Shown: piece by piece, positions 1-8,217 of the stretch | How positions within the stretch are numbered: position 1 is the first letter of the stretch | How the letters are laid out: the number at the start of each line of letters is the position of its first letter | Source: an uncultured bacterium | Lineage (GTDB): Bacteria; Krumholzibacteriota; Krumholzibacteriia; LZORAL124-64-63 | Length of the DNA: 64,000 nucleotides | Direction of reading: 5' to 3' | Assembly: GCA_963772145.1 (NCBI GenBank) | Contig: CAVYVY010000011.1 | Span: 67,607-131,606 of the forward strand | Made by a program: the position numbers and the translations under genes | Notes under the pieces: generated by a model | The model's input: only the letters and a program-made list of their open reading frames with translations | Database searches by the model: none | Told to the model about the DNA's origin: nothing

Positions 1-2379
1 TGGGCAGGGCGCGTTCTGCCGTGTCGCGGCCATCCCACGCCACTTCGTGGCGGCCGGGCGCCAGGTCGGCGTCCACGAGTCGTCGCACCAGCGTGCCGCG
101 CAGGTCATAGACTGCCAGACGGGCCCGGCCGGTCGACGCGAGGTCGAAGGCGACGGTCGTGCGCGGGTTGAACGGGTTGGGGCTGGCGCCGGCGAGGGCG
201 GTGACGGCGGGGAGGTCGCCGTCGTCCGGGACCGGGGTGCCGCCGGGGGACATGCTGAGCTGGTACTTCATGCTGCCAATGGAGTCGAAGTCCTGGATCC
301 AGACCGCGAGGCAGCACCAGCCGGGATTCACCACCTGCACCTGCAGCCAGAGGTCGCCGCCGCCGGAAGGGTAGACCGAGGCGTCGACGCGCTTGCCGGT
401 GTAGATCTCGTCGGCCTGGTGGAAGGTCATTCCGTATCTGTCGCTCAGGCTCAGGTTCTTCAGATGGATGATCCAGTAGCCGGCCGTGAAGTACCACTCG
501 CGCAACTGCATCATGTTGATGTCGGGGCTCGTGTACGGCGCGTAGGTGAGCGAGCCGGCGTTGCCGAGCGTGGTCGACTCGACGTACTCCGGATGGTAGC
601 TCTGGGTGCCGCCGTAGTTCAGCGTGCTGACGTCGAACGGGCGGCGCGCGGTCTGGTTGAGGTTGACCAGCACGTAGTCGGTCTGGTTCTGGCCCCAGTG
701 CGAGGCGGAGATGGCTTCGCCGAGCCCGTTCTTCGCGCCGCGCAGCGCCTCGTGCAGTTGCAGGTCGTAGTCGTCGCCGGGGAGCGGGGCGATGATGTAG
801 CCCTGCCACCAGACGGTGAGCGGGGCCGTCGTCAGCCGGCGGGCCTGGTTGTTGAACCAGAAGGTCTCGCCGCTGCCAACGACGACATCCTGCCAGCCGC
901 CCGACAGCGGCGGCGGCGACGGGTCCCAGCCCAGGTCGCCCAGCGGCGTCACCATTAACGGCGCCCAGCAGTACTGTTCGCCGTAGACGTTGTTGTCCAG
1001 CGTCGCCTCATGGATGGCGCGGTTGACGTTGGCGATCAGGGAGATCGTGTGGCGCCCGGCCCGCACCTCGCCCATGGTCGAGGTCGGGTTGCAGTTGTAG
1101 ACAGCGCCCGGATCCAGAGGCGGTGTCACGATGCCGTACCTCGACGCGCCGTCGAGGTACACTCCCGTTCCGCTGGCCCAGTAGGAGTCCGTTCCGCCGA
1201 TGTTGCGCACGGACCAGTTCGCGTAGGGGCCGGTGTTGAAGGCCGGCAGCGAGTCGGGCAGGGCGACCGAGGTCGGGGTGCCGTCGGCCGCGAGCCGCGG
1301 CACGATCGGCGAGTGCCAGCCGGCCGGCGCGTACGGGACCAGATCGGGCATCGCGGCGGCGACCTTCAGGCCGAAGGAGCGCGGGCCGGTGCCCCAGTCG
1401 GGATCGCGGAAGACGATGACGGCGTAGTTGCCGGCCGCGCCGGGCGTCACGTCCAGCCGCGCGCGCCCGGCCGCGTCGGTGGCGGTGTTGGCGGCGATGT
1501 CGGTCAGACCGCCGACCGTGAAGGCGCGGTCGACCCACATCAGGACGACGCTCGGATCGGTGGTCGCCGTCTGCAGCCAGACGCTCACGTCGTCGGACGT
1601 GGGCACGGCGACGTCGAACAGCTTGAACATCTCGTCCTGGCCGAAGGTGACGGTGATGGAGTCGTCCCACGCGAGCGCCTGGCTCGCCACATGATCGAAG
1701 CGGTAGTCTCCCGATCCGGCGTAGCGGACGATGCCGGCGTCGTACGAGTGCGTCCCGACGTTGTGGCCGTTGGCGATGACGGCCTCGAGCCCGCGCCGGT
1801 CGTGAACGTGATGCCGTCGCAGTTGTCGTACTTCGCCTCGCCGGCCGGAATCGCGGACCAGCCCCCCTGCGGATCGGGGGGGCCTTCCCGGTAGCCGTAC
1901 CCGCCGGCCGGGAGGAGGCCGGCCATCCAGGTCCACTGGTGGGCGATGTTGTTGTCGGTCTCGTCCGACTCGGCGACCACGCCGCCGGCGTCGACCCGCA
2001 GTTCGAGGGTGTGCCGGCCGCAGTGCAGGAGGAACGGACCGCCGTTGATGCCATAGGCGCTGGCGCCGGCCGCGAGCGAGACGCAGGTCCGGTCCACGAT
2101 GATCCACTCGCCGTCGAGCACGGTGTTGTTGTGGAAGCTGCCGCTCGCGACGGTGCCGGCGTTGCGCCAGGCGCTGTTGAGGTAGGTGGTGAGCTGTTCG
2201 CCGGAAAGCTGCGTGGGCGCGGGGACGTAACTGCTCGTGGCGTCGTTCGTCGGACGCGGCACGACGGGCCAGGCCCACCCGACCGGCAGATTGGGGGCAA
2301 GGTTCGGCTGCGCGGCGGCGATGGCGGCCAGCAACAGCGTCGCGGTGGCGATCGCCAGGAAGAGGCGTATGCGCTTCAT
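1..2379 (-). CDS. Large secreted protein cut at the window edge (C-terminus missing), with an NPFNPRT C-terminal (FlgD-Ig-like / Por-tail-like) domain; apparent 1-nt frameshift near 1791
   Basis: Track ORF 1585..2379 opens with the signal peptide MKRIRLFLAIATATLLLAAIAAA. After ...CDGITFT the sensible reading (GLEAVIANGHNVGTHSYD...) continues in the adjacent frame down to position 2 with no stop, so it is absent from the ORF track. My translation of 121..240 (-) gives LAGASPNPFNPRTTVAFDLASTGRA, and 2..58 (-) gives PGRHEVAWDGRDTAERALP. Confidence 0.6.
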
Positions 2380-2389
2380 GTCGCCCTCC

Positions 2390-2833
2390 TCAGCGCGCCG
2401 ACGGCGCGGTTGGAGGCAGGGGTCGCGTCTGCGGCTCGCCCGCCGGCGGATTCTTCATCCGCGCCAGCGCGCCCGCGATCTCGGCGATCTTCTCCGCGCG
2501 GCCGTCATGGCGCGCCCACTCGAGCTGGACCTCGAGCAGCCGCCGCTGCAGGTCCGTCTTCGCCTGCACGATGCCGGCCTGCGCCTCGAGCGCCGGCTGT
2601 TCGTCGCGCGCAGCTTTGACCTGGATCTCGAGCGCCGCGATCGCGGCCAGCCCCTCGTCCAGGGCGGCCTGGAGCGCGGCGGCTTCGGTGGCGGGAACGG
2701 GCGCCGGCGCGTCCGCCGCCAGGACGGCGATCGGCAACGCGGCCAGCAGCAACGCGGCGGCGAGCGGGGCGACGCAGGCGCGGGGCGATCCCCGGCGCGT
2801 CACCGACGGGATGGGAACGACAGCGGACGGCAT
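2390..2833 (-). CDS. Hypothetical secreted Ala/Glu/Gln-rich (coiled-coil-like) protein
   Basis: 147-aa ORF with a hydrophobic N-terminal segment (LAAALLLAALPIAVLAADAP). It lies 11 nt upstream of, and on the same strand as, the secreted protein at 1..2379. No family recognised. Confidence 0.4.
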   Translation of the reverse strand: MPSAVVPIPSVTRRGSPRACVAPLAAALLLAALPIAVLAADAPAPVPATEAAALQAALDEGLAAIAALEIQVKAARDEQPALEAQAGIVQAKTDLQRRLLEVQLEWARHDGRAEKIAEIAGALARMKNPPAGEPQTRPLPPTAPSAR

Positions 2834-3149
2834 GTCTGACGACCTCCGGCTCGGGAGCGACGGGTTGGGGCGAGTCCTGTGCGAGGCACTCGATTGCAGG
2901 GAGTCGAAGGAAAGGGGGAAATCACATCGGCCTGATGCCCTGGCCGTCGAGTGGGAGGGCCTATCGCGCGGACAGGAATGCTCCCGTTTTGGCAGTTCAC
3001 GCCAGCCTCATGAGGAGGTCCACCATGCGGCACGTGACGATGGATTCCGGGCGAAGGTCCCTGTACGTTATCCGAGGGCGTGAAGCCTTCCTGGTGTGGT
3101 CGCATCACCGGGATCGGCTGCGAGTTCGCGCGGGGACCGAGAGGCGGGC

Positions 3150-3296
3150 ATGCGGCAGGTTTTCGAAACCTATGCCAGCGACGAAAGAGTGTCATCGCTG
3201 GTGACACAATTGCCATGGACCCACAATCTGATCGTCCCTGGGCAGTCCAAACGCCCGGAGGAGCGCGAGTTCTACCTGCGCATGGCCATCAAAAGT
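3150..3296 (+). pseudogene. Remnant of a DUF1016/YhcG-type (PDDEXK nuclease family) gene
   Basis: Inside track ORF 3096..3434, the stretch MRQVFETYASDERVSSLVTQLPWTHNLIVPGQSKRPEEREFYLRMAIK matches the conserved central block of YhcG/DUF1016 proteins as I recall it. The flanking sequence loses similarity and the nuclease domain is absent. Confidence 0.45.
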
Positions 3297-3552
3297 TGCT
3301 CCGTGATTCGCGCATGGCGAGCCGGCCGAGGCTTCAGCTGTCAACTCCTGGTTGACAACTGGGGCGGACGGCAAGCGTTACCGGATGTCGCACTACAACC
3401 TGGACGCCATTCTGGCGGTGGGGCGGTACGATGAATTCCGGGGGGCGCTCACGGGCGTGCCGGGGTTGCAGGTGAGTCAGGAATTCGTGGCGACCCGCGC
3501 CGCCAGGGGTCGATGAGGCTTTGCCTTAGCCGCTTCGGCGGTAGGAGGATCC

Positions 3553-4641
3553 GTGTTTTCCGACCTGTCCGCACTCGAACGGATCGGGTATTCGCCGCGC
3601 TGGCAGACGCTTTTGGAGCCCCATGTCGCCGGGGGGCTGAGTCCCGGGCGGGTCATTCGCAACGATCGCGGCAGTATGCTGATCGCGACGACGGCCGGAG
3701 TCCTTCGTGCCAGGCTGTCCACCCGCCTTCAGAAGGCTGCTGGCGGCCCGGCGGATCTGCCGGCCGTGGGCGATTGGGTCGCCGTGCGGATGTCCGGGGA
3801 TTCCGCGGACCCGCTCATCGAAGTGGTGCTCGAACGCGCGAGCGCCATCACGCGCGGGGATCCGGGGAAGACGTCCAACGTCCAGGTGCTGGTCGCGAAC
3901 ATCGACGTCGTGTTTGTCGTGCAGCCGATCGCCGGGGCGCCGAATCTGCGCCGCATCGAGCGCGAGCTGTCCGTGGCGTGGGAGTCGGGGGCGCTGCCGG
4001 TGGTGCTGCTCACCAAGGCGGACCTGTCGGACGATCCGGAGGGGGCGCGGGCGGCGGTCGAGGCGATCGCGCCGGGGGCGGACGTGCACGCGCTGAATGC
4101 GCTGGCCGGAGAGGGCGTTGAGCCCCTGCTCGCCTATGTCTCGGGGCATCGCACCGCCGTTCTGATCGGGCCTTCGGGCGCGGGGAAGTCGACGCTGGTC
4201 AACGCGCTGCTCGGCGAGCAACGGCAGGCCACGCGCGAGGTGCGGCTGAGCGACGGGCGGGGACGCCACGCGACGGTGGCGCGCGAGCTGATCGAGCTGC
4301 CGGGGGGCGGCGTGCTCATCGACACGCCGGGACTTCGTGAGCTTGGGCTGACTGGGTCGGAAGAAGGAATCGCGGCGGCCTTTCCGGAGATCGAGCTCGC
4401 CGCGCAGGCGTGCCGGTTCCGCGACTGCGCGCATGGGGATGAGCCGGACTGTGCGGTCCGGGCCGCCGTCGAATCCGGTGCGCTGTCGGCCGAGCGACTG
4501 GCGAGCTACCACAAGCTCGTGCGGGAGGCGCAGCTCGCGGCGGCGAAGACGGACGTACGGCTGCGCTCGGAGGAGAAGCGCAAGTCGAAGATCTTCGGCC
4601 GGGTGGTCAAAGAGTTCCACAGGCGGGGCGGGCGGGGCTAG
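3553..4641 (+). CDS. rsgA: Ribosome small-subunit-dependent GTPase A
   Basis: 362 aa with circularly permuted GTPase motifs (VANIDVVFVV, LTKADL, GPSGAGKSTLVNALLG, IDTPG) and the C-terminal zinc knuckle CRFRDCAHGDEPDCAV. AGGAGG lies 4 nt before the GTG start. Confidence 0.9.
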   Translation: MFSDLSALERIGYSPRWQTLLEPHVAGGLSPGRVIRNDRGSMLIATTAGVLRARLSTRLQKAAGGPADLPAVGDWVAVRMSGDSADPLIEVVLERASAITRGDPGKTSNVQVLVANIDVVFVVQPIAGAPNLRRIERELSVAWESGALPVVLLTKADLSDDPEGARAAVEAIAPGADVHALNALAGEGVEPLLAYVSGHRTAVLIGPSGAGKSTLVNALLGEQRQATREVRLSDGRGRHATVARELIELPGGGVLIDTPGLRELGLTGSEEGIAAAFPEIELAAQACRFRDCAHGDEPDCAVRAAVESGALSAERLASYHKLVREAQLAAAKTDVRLRSEEKRKSKIFGRVVKEFHRRGGRG

Positions 4642-4687
4642 GCGATCCCCGTCGTCCGCTCCCCCACTCCCGCGCCTGAACCGGCGA

Positions 4688-5479
4688 TCACTCCGTGATC
4701 ATTCGGGGCAGCACGCCTCCGGGGCGACCGAAGTGCGGAGCGGTGTCGCCGACGTCCATCGGGTCCGGGGCCACGAACTCACGTTTCGAGGCCGAGAAGT
4801 ACAGGCACCCGGATTCGGTCGGTGGGCGACTCCGCACGAAGGCCTCGGCCTCCTGCAGCGCAGCGATCCAGGTCGCCTTGAGTTGGACGAGATCGATCGG
4901 GACCGCCAGATCGAGGTGCGCCAGATCCTCCGGCCGGACCCTGCCCCGCCGCCGGAGCATCTCCAGCAACGAGAGCGGCGCGTAGCCGGGGTCCTTGCCC
5001 ACGGCGGCCCACACCAGGGCTCCGAGCGGCAGGACGTTTTCGTGCAGATAGACGGTGTCGAGCAGGTCCCGCGGTTCGTCGCGCCCGGCGAGGGCCAGGA
5101 CCTTGTTGGTCGCCAGATCGATCGGGTGGAGCTGGTAACCGAACTCGTCACTGCGCATGACCGGCATGAAACGCCAGGCCGAGTCCTGGGCCCACTCGAT
5201 TTTCGTCGCGGTCTCGCCCTGGCGGACGATCGCCCGGATATGGCCCGGCTGGCTGATCTCCGTTTCCACATTGTAGCCGTTCGCCACGAGGGTGGCGTGA
5301 TCAGCCGCGAAGGCCGAGGCCACGCGGACGGCGCTGTCGTGGAAGTAGTCGAGGTCGTGGCTGAATCGGTGGGTGTTGGGGGCCACCAGAATGGCCGCCG
5401 CACCGGCGAGATAGCTGTGCTCACTGCGGTTCGTCGCGAGCAGGCGTCCCAGCCGGGCCTGGAAATCAGTCAGCGGCAC
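4688..5479 (-). CDS. Nucleotidyltransferase, AbiEii/AbiGii-like (DUF1814) toxin family
   Basis: 263 aa. The N-terminal block YLAGAAAILVAPNTHRFSHDLDYFH fits the G-x-A...S-x-D-x-D nucleotidyltransferase pattern of the AbiEii family. It overlaps the upstream small ORF by 10 nt. Confidence 0.65.
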   Translation of the reverse strand: MPLTDFQARLGRLLATNRSEHSYLAGAAAILVAPNTHRFSHDLDYFHDSAVRVASAFAADHATLVANGYNVETEISQPGHIRAIVRQGETATKIEWAQDSAWRFMPVMRSDEFGYQLHPIDLATNKVLALAGRDEPRDLLDTVYLHENVLPLGALVWAAVGKDPGYAPLSLLEMLRRRGRVRPEDLAHLDLAVPIDLVQLKATWIAALQEAEAFVRSRPPTESGCLYFSASKREFVAPDPMDVGDTAPHFGRPGGVLPRMITE

Positions 5480-5736
5480 AGTTGAGCCCCTTTCTCCCAG
5501 GCGTCGCGGCCGCCGTGCCGCATCAGTTGCTCGGCGACCCAGGCCACGTCGGCGGCGCCGATCTCGAGATCAGGCGGACAGGACCAGAAGCAACGGGCGT
5601 GATAGGTGCGATAGGCCCGACGAGCCTCACGCACCCGGACCATGGCCCGGGCTTGCGCCGGGGCAAGTTCACGGCGGCTCTTGCGGCCGCCCCGGCTGCC
5701 GATCTGAGCGAGGTACCTGCGGACTGGAGTCTTCAT
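5470..5736 (-). CDS. Small basic protein, putative cognate antitoxin/regulator of the AbiEii-like gene
   Basis: 88-aa Arg-rich ORF (GSRGGRKSRRELAPAQARAMVRVREARRA), translationally coupled to the downstream nucleotidyltransferase gene. It sits directly behind a palindrome-containing promoter. No family recognised. Confidence 0.45.
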   Translation of the reverse strand: MKTPVRRYLAQIGSRGGRKSRRELAPAQARAMVRVREARRAYRTYHARCFWSCPPDLEIGAADVAWVAEQLMRHGGRDAWEKGAQLCR

Positions 5737-5742
5737 GGAAAT

Positions 5743-5771
5743 ATCATAAGCGGCTTATGATCTAACGTCAA
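5743..5771 (-). promoter_or_regulatory. Sigma70-like promoter with an overlapping perfect 9-bp inverted repeat (putative operator); probably a leaderless transcript
   Basis: Read on the minus strand: TTGACG (5771..5766), a 17-nt spacer, TATGAT (5748..5743), then 6 nt to the ATG at 5736. The palindrome ATCATAAGC-g-GCTTATGAT (5743..5761) spans the spacer and the -10. It lies in a ~55-nt AT-rich islet. Confidence 0.45.
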
Positions 5772-5951
5772 TGTATGTATATTTATATATGTCTAGTATG
5801 GCTCATTTCATGAATCCGCCCGCCCCCGTGCGCCGAGGGGCCCACAAGTCCGCGGCTCACAGCGGATGGATCGCACAAAGCGTCTGGCGCTGGTCGATTC
5901 GGGGCTGGAGGCGTTAGAATCGGGGGACAACCCTCGCACCGGGAGGAAGCG

Positions 5952-6593
5952 ATGCAGGCCAGCGAGCACGAGGCGATGTGCCAGGCGGTGGTGGACGGCG
6001 ACACGGAGCGGGCCCGGACGCTCGCCCAGGGGATCGTGGAGTCGCGGGGGGATCTGCTGGCGGCGGTGGAGCACGGTTTCGCCGCCGGGATCCGCCGGGT
6101 CGGGGAGCTCTGGGAGGAGGGCGAGTACTTCCTGCCGGAACTGGTGCAGGGGGCCGAGGCGATGAAGGCCGCCATGGAGATCCTGAATCCGGCGCTGGTG
6201 GCGGGGCGCGGAGGCGCGCCGGCGCGGGCCGGGGTGGTCATCGGAACGGTGCGCGGGGACCTCCACGACATCGGCAAGGGGCTCGTCGCCACGCTCCTCT
6301 CGGCCCACGGATTCGAGGTTCACGACCTCGGGAGCGATGTCCCCATCGAGGCGTTCGTGGCCCGGGCGGGCGAGACCGGGGCCAGGATCGTGGCCGCCTC
6401 GGCGCTGCTCACGACGACGATGACGGCCCAGCGGGACCTCGTGCGCGCGATCGCGGAGGCCGGGCTGGCGCCCCGGGTGCGGGTGCTGGTGGGCGGAGCC
6501 CCGACCTCCGCGGCGTGGGCGGCCGAGATCGGCGCCGCGCACGCGGAGAACGCGCTGCGCGCGGTGGCGGTGGCGGAGGGGTTGGTCGCGTGA
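5952..6593 (+). CDS. Cobalamin-binding corrinoid protein (methyltransferase cognate)
   Basis: 213 aa with the B12-binding DxHxxG signature in GDLHDIGKG, a helical cap N-terminal to it and a Rossmann-like C-terminal half (RVLVGGAP). GGGAGGAAG lies 3 nt before the ATG. Confidence 0.85.
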   Translation: MQASEHEAMCQAVVDGDTERARTLAQGIVESRGDLLAAVEHGFAAGIRRVGELWEEGEYFLPELVQGAEAMKAAMEILNPALVAGRGGAPARAGVVIGTVRGDLHDIGKGLVATLLSAHGFEVHDLGSDVPIEAFVARAGETGARIVAASALLTTTMTAQRDLVRAIAEAGLAPRVRVLVGGAPTSAAWAAEIGAAHAENALRAVAVAEGLVA

Positions 6594-7510
6594 GCGGCCA
6601 TGCGGGTTCGATCGGCCTGGGCGCCCGCCTGCGGGCGGGGCCGGTGCTGCTTCTCGATGGCGGCCTCGGTTCGTCGCTCATCGAGCGGGGGCTGACCGCC
6701 GGGATGGCCCCCGACGCCTGGAACCTCGAGCGGCCGGCCGACGTCGCGGCGGTCCATCGCTCCTTCGTCGCGGCGGGGAGCGAGGCGATCCACGCCAACA
6801 CCTTCGGCGGCAACCGGATCAGGCTCGCGCGCGCCGGGCTGGCCGATCGGCTGGCGGAGGTCAACGCGGCGGCCGTGGCGCTGGCGCGCGGGGCGGGCGC
6901 GGCGTTCGTGATCGGCGACCTCGGTCCCACCGGCGAGTATCTGCCCCCGGTCGGCGCCGGGGATCCCGAGGCCTGGGCCGCGTCCTCCCTGGAGCAGGCG
7001 AAGGCGCTCGTCGCCGCCGGGGTGGACGGCATCCATCTCGAGACGATGAGCGATCTGCGCGAGGCGCGGATCGGCATCGCCGCGGTGCGCTCGCTCTCGG
7101 CCGACCTCCCGCTCCTGGCCTCGCTGACCTTCGAACGGAAGAAGCGGGGCTTCTTCACGGTCATGGGCGACCGGCTCGTGCCCGCCCTGCAGGCGCTGCG
7201 TGAAGCCGGGGCCGACGTGGTCGGGGCCAACTGCACGCTCGGGAGCGACGATTTCCGGGCGCTGGCGGCGGAGGCGCTCTCGGCCGGGTTGCCGCTCGTC
7301 CTCCAGCCGAACGCCGGGCAACCCGAGGTGGTGGCGGGGCGCGTGGTCTACCGACAGACGCCCGCGGCGTTCGCCGACGACCTGGCCGCGGTCCTGGCCC
7401 TGCCCGCGGACGGCGGCGGGCGGATCGCGGCGGTGGGCGGATGCTGCGGATGCGACGCCCGTTTCATCGCGGCGTTGCGTGGCCGGATTTCCGGGGCGCC
7501 GCCTCCATGA
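6590..7510 (+). CDS. Homocysteine S-methyltransferase-domain protein (MetH N-terminal module-like)
   Basis: From GTG 6590 (GTGA overlap with the previous stop) the translation reads LLLDGGLGSSLIERG...HANTFGGN...GANCTLG...AAVGGCCGCD. The three Cys match the zinc ligands of the S-methyl_trans family. The 5978..6589 part of the track ORF is an Arg/Gly-rich out-of-frame read of the corrinoid gene. Confidence 0.8.
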   Translation: MSGHAGSIGLGARLRAGPVLLLDGGLGSSLIERGLTAGMAPDAWNLERPADVAAVHRSFVAAGSEAIHANTFGGNRIRLARAGLADRLAEVNAAAVALARGAGAAFVIGDLGPTGEYLPPVGAGDPEAWAASSLEQAKALVAAGVDGIHLETMSDLREARIGIAAVRSLSADLPLLASLTFERKKRGFFTVMGDRLVPALQALREAGADVVGANCTLGSDDFRALAAEALSAGLPLVLQPNAGQPEVVAGRVVYRQTPAAFADDLAAVLALPADGGGRIAAVGGCCGCDARFIAALRGRISGAPPP

Positions 7511-8217
7511 TCGACGTCCTGTCCATCGAGACCCCGCTGGCGGAGGTGCATCGCCTGCTGGGATATCCCGCGGGACGCGTCGTTCCGGAGCGCGTGCAGT
7601 CGCGGCTGGAGGCGCTCCTGGCGGAGAGCCGGAGCCTGATCGAGGCGCGCGGGGCCCACGCGCGGTTTCCCGTGGCCGACGCCGCGGCCGTGCAGCTGAC
7701 CCGGCCGGGGCCCGCGCACGCCCTGGGGGGCTTCGCGCTCGGACTGGTCACGATCGGCCCGGGGGTCGAGACACGCGCCGCGGCCATGCTGAACGCGGGG
7801 GACGCGAGCGGCGCCCTGTTGCTCGACGCGATCGGATCGGCGGCCGCGGAGGCGGCGGCCGATGCGCTCGGGAGCCGCATCGCGGACGGGGCGGCGGCCG
7901 GCGAGAGGCTCGCCTCCCCGGACTCCGGCGCCGGCGGTGGCGGTGGCGCGGAGATGGCGCTCTCCCCCTGCCGCGTCAGCCCCGGCTACGGCGACTGGCC
8001 GCTGTCCGCGCAGGAGGCGATCTTCGCGCGTCTCCCCCACGGGGAACTCGGCGTGCGGCTCCTCCCCTCGCTGCTCATGGTGCCACGCAAATCGGTCACC
8101 TTCGCCCTCTGGTTCGACGCCGCCGGACACGCCCTCGGCGACCGGCGCGGCTGCTCGTGCTGCCCGCTGGATCACTGCCCGCGGCAGACGACACGGCAGG
8201 AAGGAAAACCGGCATGA
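7507..8217 (+). CDS. Methionine-synthase activation-domain-like protein (Met_synt_B12-like)
   Basis: From ATG 7507 (ATGA overlap), the block SPGYGDWPLSAQEAIFARL...LLPSLLMVPRKSVTFALW resembles the vitamin-B12-dependent methionine synthase activation/AdoMet-binding domain family. Confidence 0.55.
   Translation: MIDVLSIETPLAEVHRLLGYPAGRVVPERVQSRLEALLAESRSLIEARGAHARFPVADAAAVQLTRPGPAHALGGFALGLVTIGPGVETRAAAMLNAGDASGALLLDAIGSAAAEAAADALGSRIADGAAAGERLASPDSGAGGGGGAEMALSPCRVSPGYGDWPLSAQEAIFARLPHGELGVRLLPSLLMVPRKSVTFALWFDAAGHALGDRRGCSCCPLDHCPRQTTRQEGKPA

Noticed and set aside
2935-3204. Small ORFs in the 2834..3552 intergenic region (2935..3204, 3080..3355, 3192..3374).
   Set aside because: They overlap one another with no motifs or ribosome-binding sites. 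Only the DUF1016-like block at 3150..3296 is recognisable, and it is a remnant.
4661-4682. 20-nt motif CCCACTCCCGCGCCTGAACC, repeated with two mismatches at 13546..13566 (CTCACTCCCGCGCTTGAACC). The two copies flank the TA module, MttB operon and low-GC islet like direct repeats of an island.
   Set aside because: By a rough estimate, an 18/20 match is expected by chance a few times in 64 kb of GC-biased sequence. The flanks do not extend the similarity, and no integrase is present.
5978-6589. N-terminal 200-aa extensions of track ORFs 5978..7510, 7200..9680, 7441..8217 and 14714..15964.
   Set aside because: The extensions are out-of-frame reads of the preceding, well-supported genes and are Arg/Gly/Pro-rich. 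Internal starts with 4-nt stop/start overlaps or Shine-Dalgarno sequences give proteins of the expected length.
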